Below, piece by piece: positions 10,601 through 20,116 of a DNA stretch of 64,000 nucleotides. The notes beneath the pieces are model-generated. The model searched no databases. It saw only the letters and a list, made by a program, of their open reading frames with translations, and was not told the origin of the DNA. The position numbers were made by a program, and so were the translations under genes. This DNA is from Candidatus Nomurabacteria bacterium (GTDB lineage: Bacteria; Patescibacteriota; WWE3; UBA101185; UBA10185): positions 295,601 to 359,600 of the forward strand of contig JACKGU010000001.1 in the NCBI GenBank assembly GCA_020631855.1, written 5' to 3'. Position 1 is the first letter of the stretch. Each line of letters begins with the position of its first letter.

Positions 10601-11332
10601 AAGATTAAGATATTCCATGTCTGAAAGAATTGAATGTAGCTGCAATCCTTCGATTTTCTTTTGAACTAGTGAAAAATGGCTTTCAAGATCTTTTATCGAA
10701 TCGTCGTGTTTTTCTTTAAGGACTTGCTGTTTTTGCTTAATCTTAAGTTCCGTTTCTTGTTTCGCCAAATCATTTCCCTTTTGGACACTCTTCAATTCGT
10801 CCTCAACGTCTTTTAGTGCCGAAGTTAGAGTCTTCTCTAAATAAGCTTTTTGCGCTTCTAAATCTTCTGAAATTTTTGAAATAGCCTCTGCTTTTTGATT
10901 CTTATCAATTTCAGTAATTATAAAAGATGAAAAATATATAACAGACTCAAGGCTTCTAGGAGATATATTCAACAATGTTGCCATTTTTGAAGGAATTCCC
11001 TTAAAGAACCAGACATGAACTACAGGGGAGGCCAAAGTAATATGCCCCATACGTTCTCGTCGAACTCTCGATAGAGTTACTTCTACTCCGCACTTATCGC
11101 AAATCACGCCTTTGTATCGGTAACCCTTATACTTACCGCAATAACAATGAAAATCTCGAACCGGTCCAAATATTCTTTCATCAAATAGGCCGTCGCGCTC
11201 AGGCCTAAAAGTTCTATAGTTTATAGTTTCCGGTTTGGTAATCTCGCCGTAAGACCATTCAAGAATATTTTCTTTTGATGCCAGCTCAATTTTTAATGCT
11301 TCAAAATCTTTAAGTTTGGTTAAATCTTTCAT
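7661..11332 (-). CDS. rpoC: RNA polymerase beta-prime subunit
   Basis: 1223 aa. Zinc-binding CYCGKYKG..CDKCGVEV and catalytic NADFDGDQM. Confidence 0.98.
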   Translation of the reverse strand: MKDLTKLKDFEALKIELASKENILEWSYGEITKPETINYRTFRPERDGLFDERIFGPVRDFHCYCGKYKGYRYKGVICDKCGVEVTLSRVRRERMGHITLASPVVHVWFFKGIPSKMATLLNISPRSLESVIYFSSFIITEIDKNQKAEAISKISEDLEAQKAYLEKTLTSALKDVEDELKSVQKGNDLAKQETELKIKQKQQVLKEKHDDSIKDLESHFSLVQKKIEGLQLHSILSDMEYLNLADYIDLFCEVAIGADAIKYILEELDLNDLSESLRSELERSKGQKAVKLSKRLKVVEGFRRAGIQPARMVIDVLPVIPPELRPMVQLDGGRFATSDANDLYRRVINRNNRLKKLLDLGAPEVIIRNEKRMLQESVDALLDSSKQRNKARSSRGKKTLKSLADQLKGKQGRFRQNLLGKRVDYSGRGVIVNGPTLRLDECGIPKEMALELFKPFVLRELLSRGIAPNVKSAKYVLESRVSEVWDILEEVVKDHPVLLNRQPTLWRLGIQAFYPKLIEGNAIRLHLCVCPGYNADFDGDQMAVLVPLSKQSVEEAKTKMISIANLRRPSDGKPFSIPAKIVLFGIYYITSLDNSTELYEKVFASAAEARYAFDALSIISERQLIKVRINGKIVETTLGRLRFNEYLPENYAFVNEAVDKSKVEEILVKVFDELPNQDIADLIDNLKDFGLKYGTSAGQSVSLDDVAIPAERETLIEAGKAKVFEVNKNFNMGYITEREKHRHTEDLWEGVRSEIDDKIWGNLTDSNPLKLLINSKATRASRTQVSQLAGIRGLVFDASGNIVTMPLLGNYKLGLSALEYFVGARGARKGLVDKSLKTADAGYLTRKLVDVAQEVIVRQDDCGTTSGRTIRVGEKTLLNSFEERFKGRILAEEVKKGNKKLLERGHMLTAEDLRLLQDEKVDTVVIRSPLSCETRRGICAQCYGADIMTQSLVDMGVAVGVSAAQAIGEPGTQLTMRTFHTGGVVGKDITQGLPRIEELVEARAPKFLSVMSDITGSVTIIESGDERKILVKASDPSEEQKMVEYVVDPIATIIVEDGQLVAKGDKLTEGHLDLADLLSTVGVAKTKEYILSEIQNVYASQGVPLNDKHIEVIVKQMFGHVKVEDAGDTSFLPTDIATKDTFIEENERVIAEGGTPATARVTLLGITKASLNTDSFLSAAAFIQTSQVLTDAASSGKVDMLQGLKENVIIGRLIPTGERAEIE

Positions 11333-11334
11333 AC

Positions 11335-14300
11335 TTACTCCTGATCTTCAGAAATTTCTACCTGTTCAATTTCGAGATCGTCCACAATCTCTTCATCTGA
11401 ATCAACAACAGTCATACCGTCATCCTCGTCCGAGTCATCGAGTAAAACTGCGTTCTTTAAATCGTCGGCGTCTATTGCGCTCTTTGCGGCATCAAATTTA
11501 TCTTGAATCTCGTCTTCTACCTCATCTTCCGAATCAGTACCAACCGATCCCGAAGGAGATATATTCAAGCACAATCCATTCAGCTCTCTTATTAAAAGCT
11601 TAAATGATTCAGGCACGTTAGATTCCGGAATTGGCTGGCCTTGTAATATAGCTTTATAAGCCTGCGTTCTTCCTAACCAGTCGTCCGACTTAATTGTGAG
11701 CATTTCTTTCAAAATATGGGCTGCCCCGTAAGCTTCAAGTGCCCACACTTCCATTTCTCCGAATCTTTGTCCGCCCATCTGAGACTTACCGCCCAAAGGT
11801 TGTTGGGTAATCAAGGAGTATGGTCCGGTAGATCTTGCGTGCATCTTGAGGCTACTCATGTGAACCAGCTTCAAAATGTATGTGCTTCCTACAACCACCT
11901 CGTTATCAAAATACTCTCCGGTTCTTCCGTCAATAAGCTTCATTTTTCCTGACAACGGAATGCCGGCTTCTTGAAGCTCTTTATCAATTTCTACGTGGGG
12001 AACCTCTTCAAAATTAGGCACAATATACTTTCGTCCTAATCTTTCTCCTGCCATGCTTAATGGGGTCTCTAAGAGCTGTCCCATATTCATTCTTTTAATG
12101 ATGGCCTCCGAAGAAAAAATAACGTCAATTATGGTTCCGTCTTCTAGATGAGGCATGTCCGATGCAGGCAAGATAGCTGAAATGACTCCTTTATTTCCGT
12201 GTCGACTTGAGAGCTTGTCTCCGACTTGTATTTTCTTTTGAGTTGCGACATAGACTGTAATTTCTTCAATAACTCCGGTCGGAAGATTGGAGTTTTCCTT
12301 CTTGCTCACTCTTTTAACCCCTATCACCACACCTTTTTTACCGTGAGGAAGTATAAGTGAGGTATCTCTAACTTCTTTTGCTTTCTCTCCGAATATAGCT
12401 CGTAGAAGCCTTTCCTCTGCAGAAAGCTCAACTTCACCTTTTGGAGCAACTTTACCTACCAAAATATCTCCTGCCTTCACTTTTGCGCCTATGGATATTA
12501 TTCCGTCTTCATTTAGATTCCTTAGAGCTTCTTCGGAAATATTAGGTATATCGAAGGTTAGCTCTTCAGGTCCAAGCTTTGTTTCGAGAACTGCAATCTT
12601 ATAATTTTCTATATGGACCGAGGTTAAAACATCTTCAGTAACAAGCCTATCTGACAAAATAATTCCGTCTTCAAACTCATAACCCTCAAAAATCATATAG
12701 CAAGCATTTAAATTTGCTCCTAAAGCAATCTCACCATCCTGCGAAGCCGGACCTTCTAATATAATGTCGCCTTTTTTAATTTTCTGGCCTGTAGATACCT
12801 TTACTCTCTGGTTTAAGGATGTGTCGGAGTTTGATTTAACAAACTTTTTAGCTAAATATTCGGCCGTACCTGCTTTTTCATATTTTACTTTTACTTTTGT
12901 GGAGTCTGCGTATAAAACCTCTCCTTTATCTTCTGCAACTATGACTATTCCCGAGTTACGGGCAATATCGCTCTCCAAACCTGTAGCTATAATCGGGGAT
13001 TCTACTTTCACTAAAGGTACTGCCTGAGACATTTGCTGAGTACCCATTAAAGCTCTGGAAATATCATCATTTGCCAAAAAAGGAATCTGGCTTGCCATAA
13101 TTCCAACCGCCTGTCCGGGAACAAGCTCCATATACTGAGCTTTTGCAGTAGATCCTAAAGTAAAGTCATTTCCTTTTCGCAAAGGAATTTGCTCCTGTGT
13201 TATAAAACCCTTTTCATCTATACTAACTGTGCTATCTGTTATGTAATAGAGCTCTTCGTCGTAGGCCGCCAAGTAAACCACCTCATCGGTTATTCTTACT
13301 TTGCCGTTCTTTTCTTCCAGCTTTACATATGGTGTCTCTAAAAAACCATACTCATTTACCCTAGCGTACGAAGCTATGTAGTTAATAAGACCGATGTTGG
13401 GGCCTTCGGGAGTTCTAACAGGACAGATCTTGCCGAATGAAGAATAATGAACGTCTCGTACAGACATGCTTGCTCTTTCTTTTGTAAGTCCTCCCGGACC
13501 GGTAACCGAAAGTCTGCGCAAATGATCCAGTGCCGTAACCGGATTTTGTTGGTCATGATGCTGTGAAAGCTGACCGGTAGCAAAAAAGCTGTGAATCGCT
13601 GAGGCTACTGTTCTGGAAGAAATGAGTAAAGATGGTTCAGGCATTTCTTCTCGAGGCTGCAAACTCATTCTTTCTTTTATGTTCCTCTCCATTCGAAGGA
13701 AACCGATTCTAATTTCATCTTGAAGTAATTCCCCCACAGAGCGCACTCTTCTGTTTGACAAGTGATCCAGGTCACTCTCCGATTCAATACCGTTGTTTAT
13801 ATTTATTACCTTTTTTAAAGCAGCTACAAGATCATCTTTGTGAAGTAAATAATGTTCCGGCTCATTAGGGAAATTTAAACCTAACACCTGATTCATTTTA
13901 AATCTACCGACTTTTCCTAGGCTATATCTTCTTCTATTAAAGAAGGTTCCTTGCACTAAAGAACGGGCATTCTCAAGCACTAAAGGCTCGCCCGGTCTCA
14001 TTTTTTTGTATATTTCAAGAATTGCTTCGTTATAGGAAGAGCTCGGATCCTTAGAAAGTGTGCTTTCAATAAAACTAATTTCGGGATTTGAATCAACATC
14101 TTCAAAGGCAGCTCTTATATCGTCATTGGTCTCCAGTCCAAAAATTCTAAGCAATACAGAAACAGGAATTTTTCGGCGTCTGTCTATTTTTACGCTCATC
14201 AAACCGGTCTTTGTTGTATCAACCTCTAACCAAGCCCCATTTTTCGGAAGAATCTTACATCCGCCTAAAATGGCCCCTGTGCTGGGGTGAATCTCTTTTG

Positions 14301-14709
14301 TGAAGAGCACACCTTCTGACCTTTTTAACTGACTAACAACTATTCTTTCAACACCATTAATAATAAAGGTCCCGGTAGGTGTCATTAACGGGATATCTCC
14401 CATATATATTTTTTGCTTCTTTTTCTTATTGTTTATCGGGTCTCGCATTTCAGCATTTAAATACCAAGGAGCGTCGTAGGTACGACCTTTGTATAAAGCT
14501 TCGTCCATTGATATGTTCGGCTTGTCAAAAGACGGATCTGAGAGTTCTAAAACCCATCCGCGACCTGAGAAGTCCTCAACGGGACCAATCTCATCTAAAA
14601 CCTCGGCTATGCCGTTTTTCAAGAGGTCGTTATAGGAGTTGATTTGAATTTCTATTAAATTTGGTACGATTTGGTTATTTTTTCTTTTTGAAAAATCGTG
14701 TCTTTTCAT
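11335..14709 (-). CDS. rpoB: RNA polymerase beta subunit with a ~70-aa acidic C-terminal tail
   Basis: 1124 aa with conserved beta-subunit blocks (..GKVGRFK.., ..SRHGNKGV..). The tail is D/E-rich. Confidence 0.98.
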   Translation of the reverse strand: MKRHDFSKRKNNQIVPNLIEIQINSYNDLLKNGIAEVLDEIGPVEDFSGRGWVLELSDPSFDKPNISMDEALYKGRTYDAPWYLNAEMRDPINNKKKKQKIYMGDIPLMTPTGTFIINGVERIVVSQLKRSEGVLFTKEIHPSTGAILGGCKILPKNGAWLEVDTTKTGLMSVKIDRRRKIPVSVLLRIFGLETNDDIRAAFEDVDSNPEISFIESTLSKDPSSSYNEAILEIYKKMRPGEPLVLENARSLVQGTFFNRRRYSLGKVGRFKMNQVLGLNFPNEPEHYLLHKDDLVAALKKVININNGIESESDLDHLSNRRVRSVGELLQDEIRIGFLRMERNIKERMSLQPREEMPEPSLLISSRTVASAIHSFFATGQLSQHHDQQNPVTALDHLRRLSVTGPGGLTKERASMSVRDVHYSSFGKICPVRTPEGPNIGLINYIASYARVNEYGFLETPYVKLEEKNGKVRITDEVVYLAAYDEELYYITDSTVSIDEKGFITQEQIPLRKGNDFTLGSTAKAQYMELVPGQAVGIMASQIPFLANDDISRALMGTQQMSQAVPLVKVESPIIATGLESDIARNSGIVIVAEDKGEVLYADSTKVKVKYEKAGTAEYLAKKFVKSNSDTSLNQRVKVSTGQKIKKGDIILEGPASQDGEIALGANLNACYMIFEGYEFEDGIILSDRLVTEDVLTSVHIENYKIAVLETKLGPEELTFDIPNISEEALRNLNEDGIISIGAKVKAGDILVGKVAPKGEVELSAEERLLRAIFGEKAKEVRDTSLILPHGKKGVVIGVKRVSKKENSNLPTGVIEEITVYVATQKKIQVGDKLSSRHGNKGVISAILPASDMPHLEDGTIIDVIFSSEAIIKRMNMGQLLETPLSMAGERLGRKYIVPNFEEVPHVEIDKELQEAGIPLSGKMKLIDGRTGEYFDNEVVVGSTYILKLVHMSSLKMHARSTGPYSLITQQPLGGKSQMGGQRFGEMEVWALEAYGAAHILKEMLTIKSDDWLGRTQAYKAILQGQPIPESNVPESFKLLIRELNGLCLNISPSGSVGTDSEDEVEDEIQDKFDAAKSAIDADDLKNAVLLDDSDEDDGMTVVDSDEEIVDDLEIEQVEISEDQE

Positions 14710-14715
14710 TAAAAA

Positions 14716-14721
14716 ATTCTA
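14716..14721 (-). promoter_or_regulatory. Candidate -10 box (TAGAAT) 6 nt upstream of the rpoB ATG
   Basis: Minus strand reads TAGAAT-TTTTTA-ATG. No convincing -35 and no SD. Confidence 0.3.
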
Positions 14722-14801
14722 CTTAAAATTTTGATAAACTAAGAAGCCAATAGACAAAGCGAAAGTTACCATTTTAACAGCATCCTGTCAATAGTTTCGC
14801 A

Positions 14802-15404
14802 CTAAAAAAACATGATATCACTAATCGGCCAAAAACGAAACACAACTTTTCCAACAATGGCTTCTGATTGCACTATACCAAAAATCCTTGAATCTTGGGA
14901 AACATCTCGATTATCCCCCAATACAAAAAATTCATTTTCCTCAAGATGCAACGACCTTCCATCTCTAAATCTTGTACCTGAGGTTGTACACTGATCCGTA
15001 AATAAATACTTTTCCTCTAACTCAAACTTGCCATCGGAGTTAGATACATAGACCTTACAATTGAAAATTTTTATATCTTCTCCAGGTAAAGCTACGATTC
15101 TTTTTACATATTCTTTCTGCTCATGCCCCGGGGGATGCAACACAACTATGTCTCCGCGCCTATAAGGTTTAAAGTGCTTTGAAACTTTTTCGACTAAAAC
15201 CCTCTCTTTGTCGTATAAAGTAGGCTCCATGCTTGCCCCGTCAACTTTTTCTGGCACAGCAATAAGAGTAAAAATTAACAGCAGAACAATAAAAGACATG
15301 GAAACTGTTTCAATTATTTCCGCCAACAAGGCTTTGAAGGGTGTTTTTTTAAGCTCCTCATTCGAATCGCTCACTTGCTGTGAAGGCCTGCTGATTTTCT
15401 TCAT
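14802..15404 (-). CDS. lepB: Signal peptidase I
   Basis: N-terminal TM, GASMEPTL (Ser box), KRIVALPGE, GDNRDVSQDSR. Confidence 0.9.
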   Translation of the reverse strand: MKKISRPSQQVSDSNEELKKTPFKALLAEIIETVSMSFIVLLLIFTLIAVPEKVDGASMEPTLYDKERVLVEKVSKHFKPYRRGDIVVLHPPGHEQKEYVKRIVALPGEDIKIFNCKVYVSNSDGKFELEEKYLFTDQCTTSGTRFRDGRSLHLEENEFFVLGDNRDVSQDSRIFGIVQSEAIVGKVVFRFWPISDIMFF

Positions 15405-15408
15405 CTAA

Positions 15409-16041
15409 TTACCGTCCTTCCAAAATTACGTTCTTAAGTTGTTCCGGAGTATCAACAAGAAACTTGGGTGATTTTTTTGCTAAAGTTGCTGAGTCATTAA
15501 AGCCCCAAGTCACCGAGGCAATATCAATTCCTGCTTTTTCGCAAGCTACGATATCCCTAATCTCATCGCCAACATAGAGCGTTTCCTTTTTTCGTAAGTG
15601 CTTTTTTCGAAGCATTTTTTTTATTAATCTATGCTTTTTAAACAATTTACGCCCTGAATAAATGTCTAAAATGCCTGATATTTTGTGCATTTTAAGATAT
15701 GCCGTAACTATTCTCCTGTCATTGCTTGTAAGAATGTAAATTTTATAGCCATGCGACTGCAGCCCTGAAATTATCTCTGCCATTCCTTCAATGAGGGCTA
15801 AGTCGGAAAGATTATTTCGCATCTCTTCGCGAAGCATTTTTACAAAACGAGGTATTTTAAAAACATTTATATTAAATTCGCGGAAGATGTATCGCATAGA
15901 CAAACTCCTCAACTTAGGAATTTCGTTAGCATCAATACCGTCTATACCGTATTTTGAGGGATTAGAATTTACTACCTTTAATAAAAAGTTAAATGAATCG
16001 GCTATAGTACCGTCAAAATCAAAGATTATGTTTTTATACAC
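15409..16041 (-). CDS. HAD-superfamily hydrolase (phosphoglycolate phosphatase-like)
   Basis: FDFDGTIADS motif I, LTSN motif II, GDEIRD motif IV. GTG start preceded by GGAG. Confidence 0.8.
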   Translation of the reverse strand: MYKNIIFDFDGTIADSFNFLLKVVNSNPSKYGIDGIDANEIPKLRSLSMRYIFREFNINVFKIPRFVKMLREEMRNNLSDLALIEGMAEIISGLQSHGYKIYILTSNDRRIVTAYLKMHKISGILDIYSGRKLFKKHRLIKKMLRKKHLRKKETLYVGDEIRDIVACEKAGIDIASVTWGFNDSATLAKKSPKFLVDTPEQLKNVILEGR

Positions 16042-16067
16042 TTTAAAAATTCTCCAATAATATCATC

Positions 16068-16181
16068 AAAACTACCAATCACCGCCAGCTTACGCAGGTG
16101 TTTTGCTGTAATTTCTTTTTGTTGCAAAGCCCAACATGCTGGGTAAGCTACCTCTACTAGCTTACGCAAGCAGCTATAAGT
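16068..16181 (-). ncRNA. Candidate structured small RNA, repeat-family copy A
   Basis: Aligns over its whole length with 30257-30366 and 32796-32904. Conserved TATAAT at 16188-16193 (minus). Three hairpins with compensatory changes. Confidence 0.55.
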
Positions 16182-16196
16182 AACAAAATTATAAAA

Positions 16197-18755
16197 TTAA
16201 GCGTCTTTGCCGTGGCATTTCTTGTATTTTTTACCGCTCCCGCAAGGACAAGGATCATTTCTACCAATCTTATCTACAGATTTAGTAGTTGGGGCTTTTG
16301 TACTTTTATTTTTTAACTTTGCTTCGTCTTCGACACCGCTATTTAGCTCTCCCTGCTCATAAACGGCCGACTGCAACTCACTCTTTAGTTTGCTTTCTAA
16401 TCTATTTTCTACGCTACGAACTTGCTCAGGAGCTCTTTTTATTTCTTTTAACCTCAGCAGTCTCTCGCTAATACCCGAGTATATACTATCAACCAGCATA
16501 TCAAATCTGGTGTGACCTTCTCGTTTATATTCAACAATAGGATCTTTTTGCGCGTAACCTCTGAGCCCAATTCCATCTCGTAAGTTGTCCATATCTACCA
16601 AATGCTCCATCCATAGCATATCAACAACTTCCACACTCAGCTGTGCAACAACCTGGGCCCATATTTCTTCACCTAGCTCTTTGCTATAATAATCCCAACG
16701 CTCCGAAACCTCAGAAGAAAGTTTTTCCAAAAACCAATCTTTGTGTGTCAAATCTTTGGACCCAATTTCAAGAATTCTACGCCTCAGTTTATACACTACT
16801 TCCCTATGCACATTCATAACATCGTCCATTTCAACGACCTGTTTTCGTCTGTCGAAGTTAAAGTTTTCAACTTTCTTTTGCGCGTTTTCGATAGCCTTAG
16901 ACACTATACCGGCTTCTAAAGGAACCGAATCATCTATGCCAAAGCGGTTCATCAACCTTTCTACCTGGGCGCCTCCGAAAACGCGCATCAGGTCATCCTG
17001 CAACGAAACATAAAACCTCGAAGAGCCGGGGTCGCCCTGTCGACCGGAGCGACCTCTCAACTGATTATCAATTCTTCTAGACTCATGTCTTTCGGTTCCA
17101 ATAACATGCAGGCCTCCAAGCTCCCTGATTTCAGCTTGTTCTTCTTCAGTCGACGGATCTCCACCTAATATAATGTCCACACCTCGGCCCGCCATATTAG
17201 TTGAAATAGTTACAGCACCTTTTTTACCCGCTTGAGCAACAATTAATGCCTCACGTTCGTGATTCTTTGCGTTTAATATCTCGTGTGGAATTTTTCTTCG
17301 TTGTAAGAAATTATGTAGAAGTTCGCTTTTTTCAACCGTTGTTGTACCAACAAGAACCGGCTGACCTTTTTCATGTAGTTTTGCTATTTCATCGGCCACG
17401 GCCTTAAATTTTCCTGCCTCTGTTTTGTACACCACATCGTTATAGTCAATTCTAGCTACAGGCATGTGGGTAGGAATTACAACTACTTCAAGTTTATAGA
17501 TTTTAAACAACTCCTCGGCCTCAGTCACCGCAGTACCGGTCATGCCGGCCAGCTTTGAATACATTCTAAAATAATTTTGATAAGAAATCTCAGCTACTGT
17601 TTTGCTTTCTTGCTGTATTTGAACATTTTCTTTAGCTTCAATTGCCTGATGCAATCCTTGAGAGAATCTATTCGAGGGCAAAAGTCTGCCGGTAAATTGA
17701 TCTACAATTACAACCTGGCCGTCTTTCACAACATAATCTCTGTCTTTCTCATACAAGGCGTGTGCGCTCAAAGACTGCTCTATCAAATGAACCATCTCGA
17801 AATCTTGTTCATAAAGATTATCTATTTTTAGTAAATTCTCAACTCTCCTTATACCAAAATCTGTTAGCGAGGCGTTTCTAAATTTTTCTTCTACTTCATA
17901 GTCAGTATTTTTTTCTAGCTGATCTATAATTCTGTTCGCCTGCATGTAACGTTCAGTGGGTTGAGCTGAAGAAGTGGAAATTATTAAAGGCGTTCTAGCT
18001 ACATCAATTAAAATTGAATCTACTTCATCAACAATAGCAAAATTATGGCTCCCCCAATCACCGTTTGGATTGGTCTGTACGGTTTGATCAAGTGTAAGTA
18101 CCATGTTATCTCTTAAGTAATCGAAGCCGAATTCGTGGTTAGTACCATAAGTTATATCTGCACGGTAGGCATCAGCCTTGCTGATCTCGCGCAGATGCTT
18201 TGTATACTCATCTTGAAACTCGGAACTAACAAACTCAGGATCGAAAATAAACGCTCGTTGCTGCATAATTACACCCGTCTTCAGTCCAAGATAATCGTAC
18301 ACTCCGCCCATCCATCCGGCCCCGTGTTTTGAAAGATAATCGTTAGGCGTTACGAGATGAGCACCCTTACCTGTTAGTGCATTAAGATACAAGGGTAAAA
18401 CGGCCGTAAGAGTCTTACCTTCGCCGGTCTTCTGTTCCGCTACCTTGCCTTGGTGCAAAGCAATGCCGGCCAACATTTGCACATCATGAATTCTGATTGT
18501 CTTATTCTCATCGCTCAAAACCCTTCTTGCCGCCTCTCTTACTAATGCGAAAGCTTCCGGCAAAATTGAATCCATATACCTTGAGGCTTCCTTGTCATCC
18601 ATTTTGGATAGAGCCTCTTTCCAAAAAGCCGTCTTTTGTAAAAAAGCAGGTCGGTCTAACCTCTCGAATTCAGGTTCAAAAGAACTGATCTTACTCAGTA
18701 TGGGGGCTTGCTTGGCAAGCAATTTTGAATTTGTATCGAAAAATTTTTTAAACAT
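16197..18755 (-). CDS. secA: Preprotein translocase ATPase SecA
   Basis: 852 aa, DEAD-like motor motifs, C-terminal zinc motif [14 protein letters not shown]. Confidence 0.98.
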   Translation of the reverse strand: MFKKFFDTNSKLLAKQAPILSKISSFEPEFERLDRPAFLQKTAFWKEALSKMDDKEASRYMDSILPEAFALVREAARRVLSDENKTIRIHDVQMLAGIALHQGKVAEQKTGEGKTLTAVLPLYLNALTGKGAHLVTPNDYLSKHGAGWMGGVYDYLGLKTGVIMQQRAFIFDPEFVSSEFQDEYTKHLREISKADAYRADITYGTNHEFGFDYLRDNMVLTLDQTVQTNPNGDWGSHNFAIVDEVDSILIDVARTPLIISTSSAQPTERYMQANRIIDQLEKNTDYEVEEKFRNASLTDFGIRRVENLLKIDNLYEQDFEMVHLIEQSLSAHALYEKDRDYVVKDGQVVIVDQFTGRLLPSNRFSQGLHQAIEAKENVQIQQESKTVAEISYQNYFRMYSKLAGMTGTAVTEAEELFKIYKLEVVVIPTHMPVARIDYNDVVYKTEAGKFKAVADEIAKLHEKGQPVLVGTTTVEKSELLHNFLQRRKIPHEILNAKNHEREALIVAQAGKKGAVTISTNMAGRGVDIILGGDPSTEEEQAEIRELGGLHVIGTERHESRRIDNQLRGRSGRQGDPGSSRFYVSLQDDLMRVFGGAQVERLMNRFGIDDSVPLEAGIVSKAIENAQKKVENFNFDRRKQVVEMDDVMNVHREVVYKLRRRILEIGSKDLTHKDWFLEKLSSEVSERWDYYSKELGEEIWAQVVAQLSVEVVDMLWMEHLVDMDNLRDGIGLRGYAQKDPIVEYKREGHTRFDMLVDSIYSGISERLLRLKEIKRAPEQVRSVENRLESKLKSELQSAVYEQGELNSGVEDEAKLKNKSTKAPTTKSVDKIGRNDPCPCGSGKKYKKCHGKDA

Positions 18756-18763
18756 GCTGAATG

Positions 18764-18772
18764 ATTATAGCA
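18764..18772 (-). promoter_or_regulatory. Extended -10 promoter (TGCTATAAT) 8 nt from the secA ATG
   Basis: Minus strand reads TGCTATAAT-CATTCAGC-ATG. No SD. Confidence 0.5.
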
Positions 18773-18783
18773 CTATAGAAAAG

Positions 18784-18812
18784 TTGAAGTGTAAATTCTT
18801 TATTTATATAAT
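18784..18812 (+). promoter_or_regulatory. Promoter TTGAAG-17-TATAAT, 6 nt from the ATG at 18819
   Basis: Hexamers and spacing read directly from the sequence. No SD between the -10 box and the ATG. Confidence 0.5.
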
Positions 18813-18818
18813 TTTCTC

Positions 18819-19322
18819 ATGGGATATATACTCGACCTTGATACCGTTGTTTATATCTCACAAGACCTTAGAAGAAGAAAAAAGAAAATAATATACACCC
18901 ACGGAAGCTTCGATCTATTTCATTCCGGACACTCATACCTATTTAATAAAGCAAAAAAACTGGGCGACGTATTAATAGTAGGCGTAGATTCTGACGAAAA
19001 AGTAAGGAAATTTAAAGGGGAGAGAAGACCGGTAAATCAGCACTCGCTTAGAGCTGAGATGGTAAACAACCATAAAGATGTTGATATAGTCTTTTCAATA
19101 GAAGGGTTAGCAGAAAACGAGGAAGATTACTATGTTGGACTATATAAAAAGCTATCTCCGCACATCGTCGTTGTAGGAAACTCTTTTGGGTTTCGGAACA
19201 ATTTCAGAAAGAAACTTGCAAACACTGAGTTCGTTTTAATAGATCTTTTACCCGAACACCAGATCTCTACCACCGACATAATTCAAAAAGTATTAGATAC
19301 GCACGTAGAAAAGTCCGAGTAG
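18819..19322 (+). CDS. Cytidylyltransferase-family nucleotidyltransferase (TagD / RfaE domain II-like)
   Basis: THGSFDLFHSGH (HxGH motif), LIVGVDSDE. Confidence 0.8.
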   Translation: MGYILDLDTVVYISQDLRRRKKKIIYTHGSFDLFHSGHSYLFNKAKKLGDVLIVGVDSDEKVRKFKGERRPVNQHSLRAEMVNNHKDVDIVFSIEGLAENEEDYYVGLYKKLSPHIVVVGNSFGFRNNFRKKLANTEFVLIDLLPEHQISTTDIIQKVLDTHVEKSE

Positions 19323-20114
19323 AACCAAAACAATAAGAATCCTATAGACTATAAAGGTTGTTAAAGAATTGTTACGCAAAAATTTCATTAAAAAGCTTAT
19401 TGCTAAAATTCCGGTTATAAAGCTCGATAGAAAACCAACAACTACAAGCAGGCCGCCCAATTGCTGAAGACTTTCAAAAGAGGAATAGATTTTATACAAA
19501 GCGGCGCCGAGTATAGTGGGAATAGCCATAATAAAAGAGAATCTTGCCGCTTCTTTTCTGCTTAAACCAACGATCATGCCTCCGGAGATTGTGGATCCTG
19601 ATCTGGAGAAACCTGGCAACAAGGCGAGCATCTCAAAAAGTCCTATTGCGATTGATTTTTTTAAGGTAAGTTCTGACTTAGTTTCGATACGAGCAAATCT
19701 TTTTTCAGCCACGTACATTAAAATCGTGCCTAAAAGCAAAAAGAGCTCGACCCACAAAGCACTTCTAAAAACTTGTTCGAGAGTAGCATCTAATACAATA
19801 CCGGCGATACCTGCAGGAATAACTGCAACCAGAGCAAATAAGCCGTACTTTCCAGATCGGGAATATTCTTGCAACTTGTTTCTTTTTTGAGCAATGTTGA
19901 AAAATAAAGCCTTGGCAATATCCAAAAGATCGCGAAAAAAATACACTATAAGAGCAACCGAGGTTCCCACATGCAGGACCAAATCAAATGCCAAAGACTG
20001 CTCATTCCAGCGTAGAAGATAGGGTAAAAGAATGAGATGTCCTGAGGACGAAATAGGTAGAAACTCGCTAAGACCCTGAATAGTTCCTAAAACCAGTGCT
20101 TGAAAAATTGTCAT
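19293..20114 (-). CDS. uppP: Undecaprenyl-diphosphate phosphatase
   Basis: QGLSEFLPISSSGHLIL and a polytopic membrane profile. The 3' end overlaps the convergent gene by 30 bp. Confidence 0.93.
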   Translation of the reverse strand: MTIFQALVLGTIQGLSEFLPISSSGHLILLPYLLRWNEQSLAFDLVLHVGTSVALIVYFFRDLLDIAKALFFNIAQKRNKLQEYSRSGKYGLFALVAVIPAGIAGIVLDATLEQVFRSALWVELFLLLGTILMYVAEKRFARIETKSELTLKKSIAIGLFEMLALLPGFSRSGSTISGGMIVGLSRKEAARFSFIMAIPTILGAALYKIYSSFESLQQLGGLLVVVGFLSSFITGILAISFLMKFLRNNSLTTFIVYRILIVLVLLGLFYVRI

Positions 20115-20116
20115 AA

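Noticed and set aside
180-14642. Dozens of 60-140-aa plus-strand ORFs in the track across the ribosomal, EF and RNA polymerase region (for example 180..455, 1178..1603, 8640..8903, 14379..14642).
   Set aside because: All lie antisense to strongly supported conserved genes. They have low-complexity or hydrophobic shadow-frame composition and no start context. They are treated as antisense shadow ORFs.
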